In this document: in pieces, positions 19,822 through 32,320 of the stretch | Position numbering within the stretch: position 1 is the stretch's first letter | Layout of the letters: every line of letters starts with the position of its first letter | DNA from: Diplonema japonicum | Taxonomy: Eukaryota; Protista; Euglenozoa: Diplonemea | Direction of reading: 5' to 3' | DNA length: 64,000 nt | NCBI GenBank assembly: GCA_964019335.1 | Contig: OZ025703.1 | Location: 62,001 to 126,000 of the forward strand | Made by a program: the position numbers and the translations under genes | Notes under the pieces: model-generated | What the model saw: the letters and a program-made list of their open reading frames with translations, nothing else | What the model was told of the DNA's origin: nothing | Databases searched by the model: none

Positions 19822-22800
19822 ATGTCAAACCCTTTTGCATCGGGAGAAACAGGGGGGAAAAACGCCACTTTTTTCGGAGGCGACACGGAAACAGAATCCA
19901 ACGGCTCGCCGTTTGGGGCGAAGACCGTGACGGAGTTGAAAAACCCGTTTGGAGCGACCACAACACCCATCGATGACAATGCTGCCAACGAAACCCCTAT
20001 AATAGAACGATTCACAGCACCACCTGTCCCTATAGAGAGCACGCCACTTGACACAGGCTCTGACGTGGGATCGGCGGTGACACCTCCTCAAGCTTTAACA
20101 CCACCACCCGTCTTCGCAGATGATGAGCCCGACTACCCCCCAACACCAAGCGACCTGGACCGCTTAGATATCACCTCCGTTAAGATCCCTTTTGAAGACG
20201 ACGATGTGGTAGTCAACACTGACTCCGTGGTTGTGGAGGGGCTTGTGACAATTGTCGGCGAATGCAAGGACATGTGCCCCATGGTGGATTCCGAGCTGAC
20301 ACGGACGCGAAACATCTATTTCGAGACAACAGACAAGGCCCCTAGCGACGTTGACCTCAAACGGGTTGTCAAGTCATACGCGCGATCTGATGCGGGCCGC
20401 CGTGTCGAGCCGCAGCTTATCCGAACCCCACAGTGTCTTTACAAGACCACTCTCTTCCTTCTGCGTGACATCCTCAAGCGTGAGAACGAGCACAAAACCT
20501 GGCTGAACCCCGAAGGCCGCTCCAGCCGTGTTATTAGTTTCATCGAGATCTTCGCCTTCATGCGCGACAGGCTGCGTTGCGTCCGTAACGACTTCATCAT
20601 CCAATCCCACGTCTCGCTGTGGTCCGTCCGCTGCTTGGAGTACACCGTACGTTTCCACATAATGAGCGGGCACCTGCTTTGCGGCCATCCCCTCGAAAAG
20701 GGCTTCGACCCTAAGGGCAACCGTGACATGCTTGACGACGCGCTCATCGACCGTCTGTGGTCATACTACGCTGCGTTCAGGGAGAAGTACAAGGACCCCA
20801 AGACAGACCGCCCTGTCCCTGGCGTGCCTGCGTTGAAGAATATCGCCGAATTCGCAGCTTACCGTCTGCTCTACAAGGAGCTCAGGCAGCACGATGATCA
20901 CAAGAAGTGGCGTGAGTCCACGAACCACAACGCCCCATGGGACGTGCAGGGCAACTCGCACAGGTCCACCGACAACGAACTGGCAGCGCTTGCCGTCATG
21001 CCAGAAGTCATCGAACACCCCCTTGTCCTGTTTTCCATGAAGATCCTCGGGTACTACACCTGTGACGACTGGCCGAGCTTCTTCAAAGCGGTGTCGACGG
21101 CGCCCTACCTGCAAGCGTGCCTTATGGTGAACGTCTTCCCGTTCGTAAGGGTGATGTACATGTCGCAGTTGTGGAGGGGGACAGCAAAGAATGAGGCCTT
21201 GAAGGCGGAAGACCTGCAGAGGAAGCTGCACTTCGAAGAGATGAAGCAACTGGAGAGGTTCCTGAAGGCCATCGAGTTCAAGCTGGAGGTATCTGAAACC
21301 GACGGCACTTTACAAGTGGAGAGCAAGCAGAACAGCAAGAAGTCTGCCCTGCCGCAGTGCGATGGGTGCAAGGCGTATATGATGCGCTGCCCGTCGGAGA
21401 GGGTCGAAGCACGCAGGTGCCACAGATCGCACCTCGCTGTGTGCCTCGGCGAGGGAGAGGTGTGGCCCGACGATCCATCAGCACCCCCTGTTGTAGTAAA
21501 GCAGTTTGTGGCACCTGAGATATCAATCCCCGTGGTGCCACCTGTCATGGTGCTTGAGACGCCAGCCACTGTTGAGTTACCAGGAGAAGACGCAGAACCT
21601 GAGGGCGACAACGAAGAGCCGTGTGAGGAGAAAGCAGAGGAAGCTGCAGTGCTTGAACCTGAGGCTATCAAGCACAGCTCACCTCAGATGACCCTCCCGG
21701 CACCTGCTGAACCGAGTCCTTTAAAGCCTTCTGTCCCGAGCCCCTTGAAGCCTCCTGTGCACCTTCCCGTCCCATCACCTATCAAACCTGAGGTACTCAG
21801 TACACCGGAACGACCGACTGACCTAGCCCCGGAACCAGATTCAGCAGCGGTGACAGAGACTTCTCCTGAAAGTGAATGCCATCCTATGCCGCCACCCAAC
21901 CTCCCCCCGCTTCCTGCACCTGAGCCGGTTGGCTTATCTGGGTCTACCATGACACAGCTTAACGCAGAAGAAGCAGCAAACAGATCCTCGCTTGGTCGTG
22001 AATGTGCAGTGGCGCAGGCAGAGCTGACGAGGGAGTGCACTGAGGGTGCGAGCAAGCTGCGAAGGCTGCGCGACTTCCACGCTGCAGACGGGATGAAGAA
22101 GCTGCTGAAGTTCAGCAGAGATCAGTTCACGAAGGAAACACATAGTCGAGGCTACATGTTGCAGCAGGCGGAGACTCCCGCAGAAGTGCGGATGCAGCTA
22201 TTTCCACAGGTATATAGGAAGAATCTATCAACCATGCACAGTGTCTGATGAATTTACGGCAGCACCAGGACATGAGCCCTGTACTGGCGGCCGTGAGCGC
22301 GGCACCAAAAGGACGCAGCAGCGAGTACAGGGTACTGCTGTGTAGCAAAGTGGACAGAGTGAACGAGAAGATGGCAGCAGACGAGGCGTGGCGGTTCATT
22401 GGCGGCGTCCATGATGCTGTTCATGGGAGCATGTCCTACAAAAACGAAATCGGGCAGCGCGTCAAGTACAGAGTGTGGAGAACAGAGGGCATCGCAAACC
22501 AAACAGTGCAATGCTTCGCCCACACCATGGTCTTCCCAGTGACTGGCGACCCGGCGAGCGCAGCTAGGTACGTTGCTTCCGAGGTGGGGGTTGCAGTGGC
22601 TGCCCAAGCAACGCAAGGCCAGCAACTGCTGGGTGGTGTAATTCTATTGTATTTCAGCGAAATACAGACCGTCCCTTCTTCCTATCTGGCGGCAGCCTGC
22701 GAACAAGCCTTTGAAGAATCCGGCTTGGTATGCAAACCAACATCACCACAACCGACATAGGGCTTCATCTCTGTCTGTGCTGTGAACCTATCGGAGGGCT

Positions 22801-23983
22801 ACACCCGTGAGGACGTGATACGGTCATGGTCCGGCGTGGCACGGCCAAGGGCGCAGCAGGGTAGTAGTGTCCCATTGCATGCTCTTTTGTCAGATGCTGC
22901 ATGCAGCGCGACGTCGATGTTAGGTATGAAGCAGACGAGGAAGATTTAACAAACAAGCAGGCGGCGTGCCAGGATGGGCCCTCACAGAGCATTACGCACC
23001 AGAAGGCAGCAAGGCGGGGTTATCAGTCATGCGGCATGTCAAAAAGATCTGCTCGATAGTGGTATGCCGCGAGGGAATGATGCACAACACTACAGATCGA
23101 CGCTGCTGCGGAAGCGCTGGGGGAGTGTGGGGTGTGCGAGCTGGCAGACAACTCCAACACGATCAAGCACGGGTGGGACGAAGGAATGCAGGAAGTCGTG
23201 GGGTGTGGAAGGGCTGCACCAGACGTAATGAGCGACCTGCTCCGCAGCGAAGCGAACCCCGCAAGCGGAACATCACCATTGGAAGAGCTGTGCTGCCAGG
23301 CACGGGGCGTCTTCGGGGAAGACATCGGCGGCTTGATACAAAGATGCCTAACAGCAGTATCCAGCAAAGGGCAGCACACAGTGCATGGGGTGATGACCCT
23401 GTTGGTGACGATCGTGTTGACAAACATGCAGACCAAGAGGACCATGATGGCGTGTCCTATGTTCACGCTGCCAGTGCTACGCAGATATTTAAACACATGC
23501 ATCCAGAACAGGATGACACCTTTGATCAGAAGTCGGGATGTGCACCACGATTTTGCCGTACTAATGGAGATTCAGCAGAAGCAAGAAGCAGCCCTTGTCG
23601 AGGTTGAGGTAGCCCCCATTCACGTCCCGCCCTCTACACCGGAGCCTTTGTTCGAGAAACTGTCGAGTGCTGTGGACGTGCCGATGGTAGCGATGCAGAA
23701 GAGTGAGGAGGAGACGAAGCAGGCAGTGCTGCCGTCGGGTGTTTTGAAACGTTTGAGAGAGATGGCATCGCCAGCTCTAAACACCACCCCTTCCCTTTCC
23801 CCTGTCCAGCTGTGGGAGCCTTCCAACGACGACATCGACACCCTTATCGATGCGGCCATCCCACGCTCCCCGCCACGTGTTGTGCACGACATCAGCCCGC
23901 CCGCTGTCACCCCCTCCTTTGACGACTTCAGGTCAGACACACTGCAGTACATGAAGAGCAAACGGGTTAAACTAGAGGGGTGA
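19822..23983 (+). CDS. SAC3: SAC3/GANP family mRNA export factor (5 exons)
   Basis: IVGECKDMCP, VKSYARS, IR...L, F.RDRLR..RND motifs; N-terminal PFG/FFG repeats. Introns 22210-22241, 22728-22760, 22924-22960 and 23062-23095 restore a single frame. Confidence 0.82.
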
Positions 23984-24093
23984 CCTTTATCAAAAACCCT
24001 TTTTTTTTTTTATATATATTTATTATGTCTTGTTCTGTTTCTACGTAGCGCGCAACACCAGGTTGGGGTGGGGGGTGGAGGCACTCCGTAACC

Positions 24094-25788
24094 ATGTCCC
24101 TCGAGGAAGTGTTGTCACTGGACGAGGGCGACGAGAGCATCAAGAAAGAGCTCCTGCAAATCATATCACAGCATCTCCTGGAAGAAGGATACGGGACGAC
24201 AGCCCACACGCTACGGGCAGAGGCCATGCTGTACGACACAGCGAGGGAGGGGCGCAAGATGCATGCGAGGAACTTGACGGCGCAGGTTCTTCAGGGTGAC
24301 TGGGAAGAGGTGAACCGGACCTTGTCAAGAAGCATGTTCAAGGGATTCAAAGCCCTGCACTACGCCGTGGCCAAGCAGCAGTTCCTCGAGCAGATCGAGT
24401 GCGGCGATGGGCACAAAGCGTTTAACATCCTGAAAAAACGCTTGAAGCCCTTAGAATCAGAGGCACCTCCTGGGGAGTTTTCATCCCTCACGTACCTCCT
24501 GTCGTGCAAGTCGGTGAAAGACGCACCTGGGAACCACTTCGATGGCTGGCGGGAAGAGTCGGGCAGGCAAAAGCTGGTCGCACGCTTCAAACAGTTCTTC
24601 GAACCTAACCAGGCGCCACTGACGACAACAGGGCCGTCGGCAAGACGTCTCTGGGAGCTCGTTCGCCAGGCGTGCGGGTACCAAGTGATGATGCAGCCGA
24701 AGTGCTCGTTCGAGAAGCCGAACTTCACGACCATCGCAACTGACTACCAGACACCGATATGCCCGAACCTGGAGAAGCTAGTGTTCCGAACCAACACAAG
24801 CATTAAGTGCTGTGAGTGGTTGGGTGACAAGCTGGCTTGCGGTGGCGGCGACGGTACGCTGCACACGTGGGACTTAGACGCAGACGGCTTTGCACCGCAG
24901 AACTTTACCGGCCACGCTGGCAGGATATGGTCCATCTCATCTCTGAATGGCAACAAGGCGGTGACTGGCGGGGCTGACGGGACCGTCAGGATATGGGACT
25001 TGGAACACAGCACGAATCAGTGCTGCCAATCGGCTATTAAAATAGGCGGGGACATCTACACTGTGAACGAGCACCCTGATGGAGTGCACCTGGCGTGTGG
25101 TGGGTTCGACTGTGCTGTCCGGCTGCTGGACGGGGCGAGCGAGAAGGAAATGCAGCTGTTTGTAGGCCACACCAGACCCATCACACATGTGAGATTCAAC
25201 CACTTTGGGAACATGGTTATAACAGGGAGCAAGGATGGGACTGTCAAGTTGTGGGACATCGCGAGCGGCGCATGCTTGCAGACGGTCGGAAAGGTCGAGA
25301 CGGGGGCCGCTGTGAGTTCGGTCGACCTGTCAAAAGACGGTGGGACCCTGTTGGTGGGCTACCAGGTATTTCAGGAAAACATAACCCACAACAACACAAC
25401 ACAGGACTCCTCAAACAGGCTGTGGGACCTTGCAACAGGCTCGGACCCCATCCTAAACCCCACCAGGCTGCAGGGCCATGTTAACACCAGCCGTAACCTG
25501 GTGAAGTCAATATTCGGGCCGGGTAACCTAGTTTTCGGTGGGTCAGAAGACGGCTCCCTCTGCATATGGTCCTACCGAACAGGGACCTTAATGTCCCGTC
25601 TCATCCACTCCTCTTCATCCACACCTGCGGCGGTTTATGACGCGCGGTATGCTAAATAGAAGCAAAGGGAAGATGACAACCACAGTTGGAACCATTCGAA
25701 AGGCCTCCTCGCCACCTGCTCCGACGACCAGTCAGTCCGCGTCTGGTGGCACGACGAAGGCATGCCACACCTGAAAGCAAACTCGTAG
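24094..25788 (+). CDS. LisH-CTLH-WD40 repeat protein (3 exons)
   Basis: LisH (LLQIISQHLLEEGY..TA..L..EA), CTLH (GDWEE...QQFLE) and GH...WD repeats. Introns 25366-25404 (in frame) and 25647-25685. Confidence 0.85.
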
Positions 25789-26077
25789 TGAGAGTTTCAT
25801 GTATCTTTTTTATTTTTTATTTTTTTTTTTATTTGCTTTAAATCTTTTTTCGAAAAAAAAAAAGCAGAGAAAAAAAAAGAAAAGAAAAAGGCGATTTTTT
25901 TTTGTTTTTTTTTTTGTTTTGGTTTTTTTTTTCTCTCTCTTTTTTTGACTCGAAACTCATAACACCGCATCACAGTGGGGGGGGGGGGGGGGGGGGCGTC
26001 CTCCTACACGGTCCTCTCATACTTTCCCCCCCCTTTTTTTTTAAACGGAGGGGCTTGCTCATTTACAGTTCGGGAGA

Positions 26078-28978
26078 ATGCACACGGAAAGGGTGGAGTC
26101 GGTGGATTCTGTGGGCGCGTCGATTATAGCAACGCCGCCACTGCCTGCACCCGGGGCACCCATGCTGAACGGAAAAGAAGACAAAGGCCAGGTATTAGGC
26201 CAAGTGAGCGAAGACACGACACTGGGGGCGAGCAAGAAAGAGAAAAGAAAACGATACGACGGCAGAGAAGAGTCCCCCCCAGCAAGGCACGAAGAAGCAG
26301 TAAAAGCACCAATAGCAGAAGCATGGTGTAGGTGGTTGCTCAACCATAAACGACCTACTGCCACATTCTGGATCACACTGTCATTACTCAGCATCATTGC
26401 AGCGGTACGACTGGTCGACGTCTCGACATTAGATGTTGAAGCTCCTTCAAGCACGTTAGCACGGCAGGCGAAGAAGGCTATCGCGGAGTTCTTCCCCAAC
26501 CTGGAAGAGTCCTCCGCATTCGTCTTCGTCTTCACAAACCAGAACGTCACGCATCATACCGTCCTGTCCCCCGTCCTGAAGGGGTATATTGCTAACTTAA
26601 CTAACGACGTTCGAAACTGGCGGGAGGACCTTTACATCCAATCGATGGACGATTACTATACATTTAAGAGCATGGGTTTGAATTATTTAGCTCAAAAGAT
26701 GCTTTCCACAAATCTCGGGCACACCATTGTGACCATTGCGATCAACGCTGCTGTGAGCGATTCGATAACACGCGATTTCGCAAAGTATCTTGGGTCGTAC
26801 GCTGGCCCTCCTGGGTACAACATGGCGTTGGTGGGTGCTCCTATCTTCGAAGAGGAGGCGCATCGTGGGGCAAAGAACGATCTCGCGCACTTAGTAGGGG
26901 TTGTAATGCCCCTGACACTGCTTGTCATGGCCTTCCTGCTCAGGTCGCTGCGTCTTGTAGTTATCGGTGCTATTAATTTCGGCATTTGTAGCAGCATTTC
27001 ATTCGCGTTCATGTGGTTTTTGCAGTTCGGATTGCCCGTCAACACCACAACCCCTGCATTCCTCATGGCGCTTATCATCGCGACCAGTATTAGTTACACA
27101 CTGATCCTTCTGTCTAGGTACAGGGAAGCCTTGCTCGACAGACGGCGGAACGGGCTTGGCGTCGACGGCAACATCGCAACAAAACAAGCAATCGTCCATG
27201 CGGGGGAGACCGTCATCGTCAGCGGTGTCACGGCCGCCTTTTGCTTCATCGGGTTGGCGATCTACCCAATGGCCACTATTCAGTCATTCGGTGTAGGATG
27301 CGGGCTGACAGTACTGCTCGTTGTCCTCGTGTGTCTTATGATCACACCTTTGACGTTACTAGCGTTTCTACATTTCTGGGAGAAGTCGGTGAAGGAGAAC
27401 CCGAGGTGGGATGCATGGGACAACCTATGGAGCTATAACATCAACAAAATTGCAGGACGCGACCTGTCTAGCTCGCAGCATCACCACCAGTCGGCCGCAG
27501 CTCAAGGGCATGAGGACTATGATTCCGACTGGAACGACTCCTTCCGCGACATCGTGCCTGACAGGATGGCGAGGACACCGTCGCAGAACAACACGGAGCC
27601 AAACACCACACAGCTCATCAAAGACTCCGACGCCGTCGACCGCTACTCGATATGGTACCTGCTAGCTAGCATCACAACAAAGTTCCCTTACAACATCATC
27701 GCTGTCATTGTCGTGACACTTGCACTGCTTCCCATCGATTTGAAATCGACGCAATTTGAAGTCACTGCGGATTCCCTATCACTCGTCCCGTCGGACTCCA
27801 GTGTCCTGCGTGGATACGACCTGCTAGGGAGGGAGTTTGCATACGGTGAGGTGTACCCGTACACAATCCTTGTTAATTCTTCGGACGGGCAGAACATCAC
27901 TGACCCGGAACGGTGGTTCAACGTGTGGGAGTTCTTCTTCTACGAGCTGGCGAACGTTACCTTGGAACGGGACAACTACGACACCGCGGTCATGACAAAA
28001 GGACACGATGGAGCAATGAACAACATCACAAGGATGAAGGAATGCGTCTTCCGCGATCTTCCAGATGCAGGGTGCGCACAGCTGAAATACGCGTGGGCAT
28101 ATGTCGCAGACGATGAAAAGGCAATGTGGTGCAAGTACACCTCACGTATCGCACCCATGACGTCCGAAGGGCGGTCGTGGCTTAAAGCTGCAAGAAAGTT
28201 AGAACCCGAAGGGTTTGAGGTGTTGTACAGCGGTGAACCGGCAGAGGTGATAGACTCCATGAACGGGGTGTACAGCAACTTCGGGTTGATGATTGGTGTA
28301 ACTGGTGTTATGGTGTTCATTATTACGGTTGTGTCCTTTAAAAGTGTTTTGATCCCTTTCCGTGCTGTGTGCACGCGTGCCATCTCCCTTGCCTTTGTGT
28401 ACGGGATGGCCACCATTACGTACCGCGATAACGGCCTGTCGTGGTTGGGCGATAATTTTTCGTCGATCACGAGGGAGATCACCTATACCACAGCGCTTAC
28501 GTGTCTTCCCATTCTCGTTGGGTTGGGGTTGGGTCCTGATTTCTTTTTGATGACGCGTGTGGTGGAGTGCAGGAAGGGAACCAACACTGAGGAGTGCAGG
28601 GAACCTACACGGAGGGCCGTCATCTTAGGTGTAACGAGAACCGGGCATATTATTTCTGCGGCCGGTACTATAATGATCGTTTGTTTTTTAGGGCTTCTGA
28701 CGTTTTCAAAGGTAACTGTGATTCATCAGGTGTGTGTAAATAAAAAAAAAGGGGGGAGGGGTGAGAAAAAATATTCACAGCTTGCGTTTTTCGTGACTCT
28801 TGGGCTTGTCTTTGAGACCTTTGTCACACGTTCTCTTGTCGTCCCAGCGTTTACCACTCTGCTTGGCCTTATTTATGAAGAAGCCAACTGGTGGCCTCTT
28901 GCGCTGACCAATTGGAACACAATAGGGGAGCTGCGAGGCATGTTAACTAAGGGTATCCCAAATGGAGCCAAAAATTAA
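26078..28978 (+). CDS. MMPL/RND-family membrane transporter
   Basis: Two (1+5 TM) halves with MmpL-like motifs (Y.LILLSRYRE, AGETVIVSG.T, GLG.DFFLM.R..E, TG.IISAAG.IM). Probable in-frame intron 28730-28780. Confidence 0.85.
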   Translation: MHTERVESVDSVGASIIATPPLPAPGAPMLNGKEDKGQVLGQVSEDTTLGASKKEKRKRYDGREESPPARHEEAVKAPIAEAWCRWLLNHKRPTATFWITLSLLSIIAAVRLVDVSTLDVEAPSSTLARQAKKAIAEFFPNLEESSAFVFVFTNQNVTHHTVLSPVLKGYIANLTNDVRNWREDLYIQSMDDYYTFKSMGLNYLAQKMLSTNLGHTIVTIAINAAVSDSITRDFAKYLGSYAGPPGYNMALVGAPIFEEEAHRGAKNDLAHLVGVVMPLTLLVMAFLLRSLRLVVIGAINFGICSSISFAFMWFLQFGLPVNTTTPAFLMALIIATSISYTLILLSRYREALLDRRRNGLGVDGNIATKQAIVHAGETVIVSGVTAAFCFIGLAIYPMATIQSFGVGCGLTVLLVVLVCLMITPLTLLAFLHFWEKSVKENPRWDAWDNLWSYNINKIAGRDLSSSQHHHQSAAAQGHEDYDSDWNDSFRDIVPDRMARTPSQNNTEPNTTQLIKDSDAVDRYSIWYLLASITTKFPYNIIAVIVVTLALLPIDLKSTQFEVTADSLSLVPSDSSVLRGYDLLGREFAYGEVYPYTILVNSSDGQNITDPERWFNVWEFFFYELANVTLERDNYDTAVMTKGHDGAMNNITRMKECVFRDLPDAGCAQLKYAWAYVADDEKAMWCKYTSRIAPMTSEGRSWLKAARKLEPEGFEVLYSGEPAEVIDSMNGVYSNFGLMIGVTGVMVFIITVVSFKSVLIPFRAVCTRAISLAFVYGMATITYRDNGLSWLGDNFSSITREITYTTALTCLPILVGLGLGPDFFLMTRVVECRKGTNTEECREPTRRAVILGVTRTGHIISAAGTIMIVCFLGLLTFSKVTVIHQVCVNKKKGGRGEKKYSQLAFFVTLGLVFETFVTRSLVVPAFTTLLGLIYEEANWWPLALTNWNTIGELRGMLTKGIPNGAKN

Positions 28979-29187
28979 TTTTTTTTTTTTTCCTTACTCA
29001 ATCTGTGTTCCTTTTTTTTTTTTTTTTTTTTTCTTTTTTTTTTTCTTTTTTTGAGAAGCCAATGGACGTGGCCAGGTTTCACGAACCAAGGCCGTTCTGC
29101 CAGCTAAAATCGATAGGTGCACCCAAAAGACTTAAAAGGCAACTAAAGACATTCTTTTTTTCCCCTTCTTTTTTTTTTTTTTTTAAA

Positions 29188-29508
29188 AGGTGGTGGGGAT
29201 AACATGAAAATATAAGAAAAACATCAGATGTGTTGTTCGCTGTTGACCTCCTCGTCGGTCATCACCGGTAGCGCCCGAGTGGAAGAACATAATGCAGATG
29301 CTCAGGGTGACGAACAGGCAGCAAACTGCACGAGCGCAGAATCTTGGTTACCCGGGACGCCCCGGCTGGGGTTGAGCTGTACACCGCACGCATTAAGGAC
29401 ACGACGCGGAACGCAGAAGAAGCTACAACTCGGCCGGCGCGCCCCCTGTAATCAAGTAGACAGTTCTTGTGCAGGGCGCCGCCAACACCGGCCTCCTTTA
29501 ACTCATAT
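29188..29508. repeat. Dispersed ~320-bp repeat, copy 1 (SINE/SIDER-like?)
   Basis: Near-identical to 37244-37566 (about 7 differences); GC-rich hairpin near the right end. Confidence 0.9.
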
Positions 29509-30132
29509 ATTTTTTTTTTTTTCGCTCCCTCCTCCCCGTCGTTTCGCCCCTTTAAAAAAAATGAGGGGGGTGACATGGGGGAAGAAGAAATAAAAGTTTA
29601 AAAAAAGAAAAAAAAATAATAATAAAAAAAAAAACCGTAATCTTTCCTCTTTTTGTTTTGTTTCTTGTTGTCCGTGCGCCAGTGTCCTTTCTTTTTATCC
29701 CCCCTTGGCGGGTTTTCTTTTTCTTCTTTTTTTTTCTTCTTCCGGCACAAACAACGGCCTAGGTCCTACTCTTTTTCCTTTCTCTCTTTTCTTCTTCTTT
29801 TTTTTTTTATCTTCTTCCCTTGGCGGGGTATAGGCATTGCTGACCCCCCAAAATCACAGTGAGTTTCGTTTTTTTTTCTCTTTTTTTTTGCTGTTATGTT
29901 GTGGGCGTTAAAAAAAAAAATATTCAGCCTGGCAACCCTTATATAAAGAGCCCCCTCCCCCAAAGGGGTGCTGAAAAGGAGTTTAGAATAGTTAAAACTG
30001 GGGATTCTTTTTTTTTTTTTTTTCTTTCATATGTTTAGTTTCTGCTCTCACCCTCATGTTTTTTTTTTTCATTGGGAAAAAAAAAAAAAAAAAAAAAAAA
30101 AATGAAAGGTAAATCACAAATAAATAAATAAA

Positions 30133-30432
30133 ATGTTCCGTGCCACTAGGTCCGCTTTCGTGAAGTTCACACCCCTGAACAAGCAGGTGCTGCTTGAGAG
30201 GGTTGCCCCTGCAGCCACCACCCAGGCCGGCATCATGATCCCGCAGGCCGCGCAGGCGAAGGCGAACGAGGCGAAAATCGTCGCTGTTGCCCCCGAGACC
30301 AAGGACTGGGCAGCCACTGTGAAGGTGGGCGACATGGTCCTCCTGAGGGAGTGGGGTGGTCAGACCGTGAAGGTCGACGGTACCGAATACACCCTTATGA
30401 GGGAGGATGACATCCTTGGTGTCCTCAACTGA
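30133..30432 (+). CDS. HSP10: Mitochondrial 10 kDa chaperonin (Cpn10/GroES)
   Basis: FTPL...VLLER...TQAGIMIP...VKVGD.VLL.EWGG..VKVDG.EY.LMREDDILGV; short MFRATRS presequence. Confidence 0.96.
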   Translation: MFRATRSAFVKFTPLNKQVLLERVAPAATTQAGIMIPQAAQAKANEAKIVAVAPETKDWAATVKVGDMVLLREWGGQTVKVDGTEYTLMREDDILGVLN

Positions 30433-30774
30433 GTTTGAGGGAGTAGTTAATTAGTGTTTTTTTTTTTTTTTTTCCATAGTACCTTCTCTTTTTTTTTTCT
30501 TTTCGCAGATTGGAATTTTTTTTTTTTCCCCTTCCCCCCCACTTCCACGGAGTAATAAACAAGGTTGGCAAGCGGTGATGTGAGAGAGGGGATTCCCATC
30601 TGCGTCAAATCAACAGAGAGAGTCATTTTTTTTTTCTTCTTCTTTTCATCTCTCTCTCTTTTTTTTTTCTTTTTTTTTTCTTCCTTTTCATTTTTCTTTT
30701 TGTTTCATTTCATTTTCTTGACCCTTCTTATTTAAAAAAAAAAAAGAAAAAAGAAAAAGGAAAAGGGCAGAAAA

Positions 30775-31968
30775 ATGACTGACTTCCACCCCTTAATATT
30801 CGTTGGTGGCTCAGCTATGCTTCCGTGCATCGAGGTCTTGGGAAAGGTAAAGTGCCCCGTGGTAGTGGTGGTGCCAACAACAGACGATGGCGGCAGCAGC
30901 GGAGAAATTGTACGGACCATTGGCGGCCCTGCTGTGGGGGATTTAAGAAGTGCCGTTAGCAGGTTAGGTATGGCTGCTGGAGCACCAGAATCCCTGCGTG
31001 CATTTCTAGCATGCAGGCTGCCGGTCGACTCACAAGAAGCATCTGCAGAATGGAAAAACATTCTTGAAAACCAATCCCACAATATCTACAACGATCTCCC
31101 TGTCCCGTTCAAAATGATTGTACAGAGGTACTTGCAGTACTTTGACGATCGAATCCCAACAAACTTTAATTTCTCAAACGGGAGCTTGGGGAATTTTTTC
31201 CTCACAGGCGCGAGGCTGCACTTTGGAAACCTTGATTCTGGGTTATTCTTACTATCAAGGCTGTGGCATCTGCCCGACACCACTTCCGTCATCCCCTCAT
31301 CGTTAACCGCTGATGATGATAAAATATCACTCGGGGTAGTCCTAGACACAGGGGAGAGAATCGTAGGTCAAAACAACATATCCCACCCAACAACCGGTAA
31401 CGTCGTGAATAAAGAAGCAGAAGGTTATTTAGGTGGGTGGGTTGAACGGGTGTTCTTCGAGGAAAACGGAAATGAAGTGGAGCCCTTGCCTCATCCTGAT
31501 GTTCTGGCTGCGATATCCAGCACCGAGTGCAATATTATCGTGTATGGAAGGGGGTCTTTCCTAACATCAATATTGCCCTCTCTTGTGTTTTGTGATGTGA
31601 TTGCTGCTCTGTGCGAAGCGCGAAAACCTAAGGTTTTTGTACTCAACGGCAGCCACGACAGAGAGACCACCGTCCGTCCTGACATGGTCCTTTCTCTCTC
31701 CGACCTGTTGCGGTTGTTTTTGAAACTTCTTAATACACCGCTTGCCGATTACCTGCTGTTGGTAACTCACGTCTTCCTCCCGGAGGATTCACGCATTGCG
31801 GTTGGTGAGGACTTCTCATACACCTTTCCTAGAATACAGCTTGTTTCCATACCCGCTACAGTGCACGGGGAGGGATTACGGTATAACGACAAAGTGCTGG
31901 TGGAGGAGCTGCAGAGGGTTGCGAAGGGAAGTGAAAAGAAAAGAGAGAGAGCGGAAAAAAATGGTTGA
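30775..31968 (+). CDS. CofD/YvcK (UPF0052) family protein
   Basis: GGS, TDDGGSSGEI.R..GGPA.GDLRS, S.GNFFLTGAR, GQNNISHP and GSFLTSILP motifs. Confidence 0.88.
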   Translation: MTDFHPLIFVGGSAMLPCIEVLGKVKCPVVVVVPTTDDGGSSGEIVRTIGGPAVGDLRSAVSRLGMAAGAPESLRAFLACRLPVDSQEASAEWKNILENQSHNIYNDLPVPFKMIVQRYLQYFDDRIPTNFNFSNGSLGNFFLTGARLHFGNLDSGLFLLSRLWHLPDTTSVIPSSLTADDDKISLGVVLDTGERIVGQNNISHPTTGNVVNKEAEGYLGGWVERVFFEENGNEVEPLPHPDVLAAISSTECNIIVYGRGSFLTSILPSLVFCDVIAALCEARKPKVFVLNGSHDRETTVRPDMVLSLSDLLRLFLKLLNTPLADYLLLVTHVFLPEDSRIAVGEDFSYTFPRIQLVSIPATVHGEGLRYNDKVLVEELQRVAKGSEKKRERAEKNG

Positions 31969-32320
31969 GATAGGCGGGTGAAACGGAGGGGAGAAAAATA
32001 CTTTTCTTTTTTTTTTTGTGTTTTGTTTTGTAAGAAATCGTAGCACGTTAGAAAGAAGGGAGAAAAAAAAAAAAAAAAGAAGAAGAAAAAAAAAGAATAC
32101 AGTTACCATATTCTCCCCCCCCCACCCCACCCCGGACACAACTCAAACAACCACGTTTTTTCTTTTTTTTTTAAAAAAAAAAGATTGAGACAACTGAGAT
32201 TAAACGACCTTTTTATTTCCTTTTTCTTCTTTTTTTTTTTTTCCCCGTGCAAAACAAAAAAAACAAAACAAAGAAGAGGGTGGTGGTGGTGGGGGGTGGG
32301 ACAACAACAAAAAAAAGAAA

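Noticed and set aside
29420-29495. HDV-like ribozyme suggested by GGCCGG termini
   Set aside because: Folds as a simple long hairpin; the nested pseudoknot elements could not be identified
29228-29593. ORF within the 320-bp repeat
   Set aside because: Frame is not conserved in copy 2 (2-nt indel) and there is no clear domain; at most a LINE C-terminal remnant
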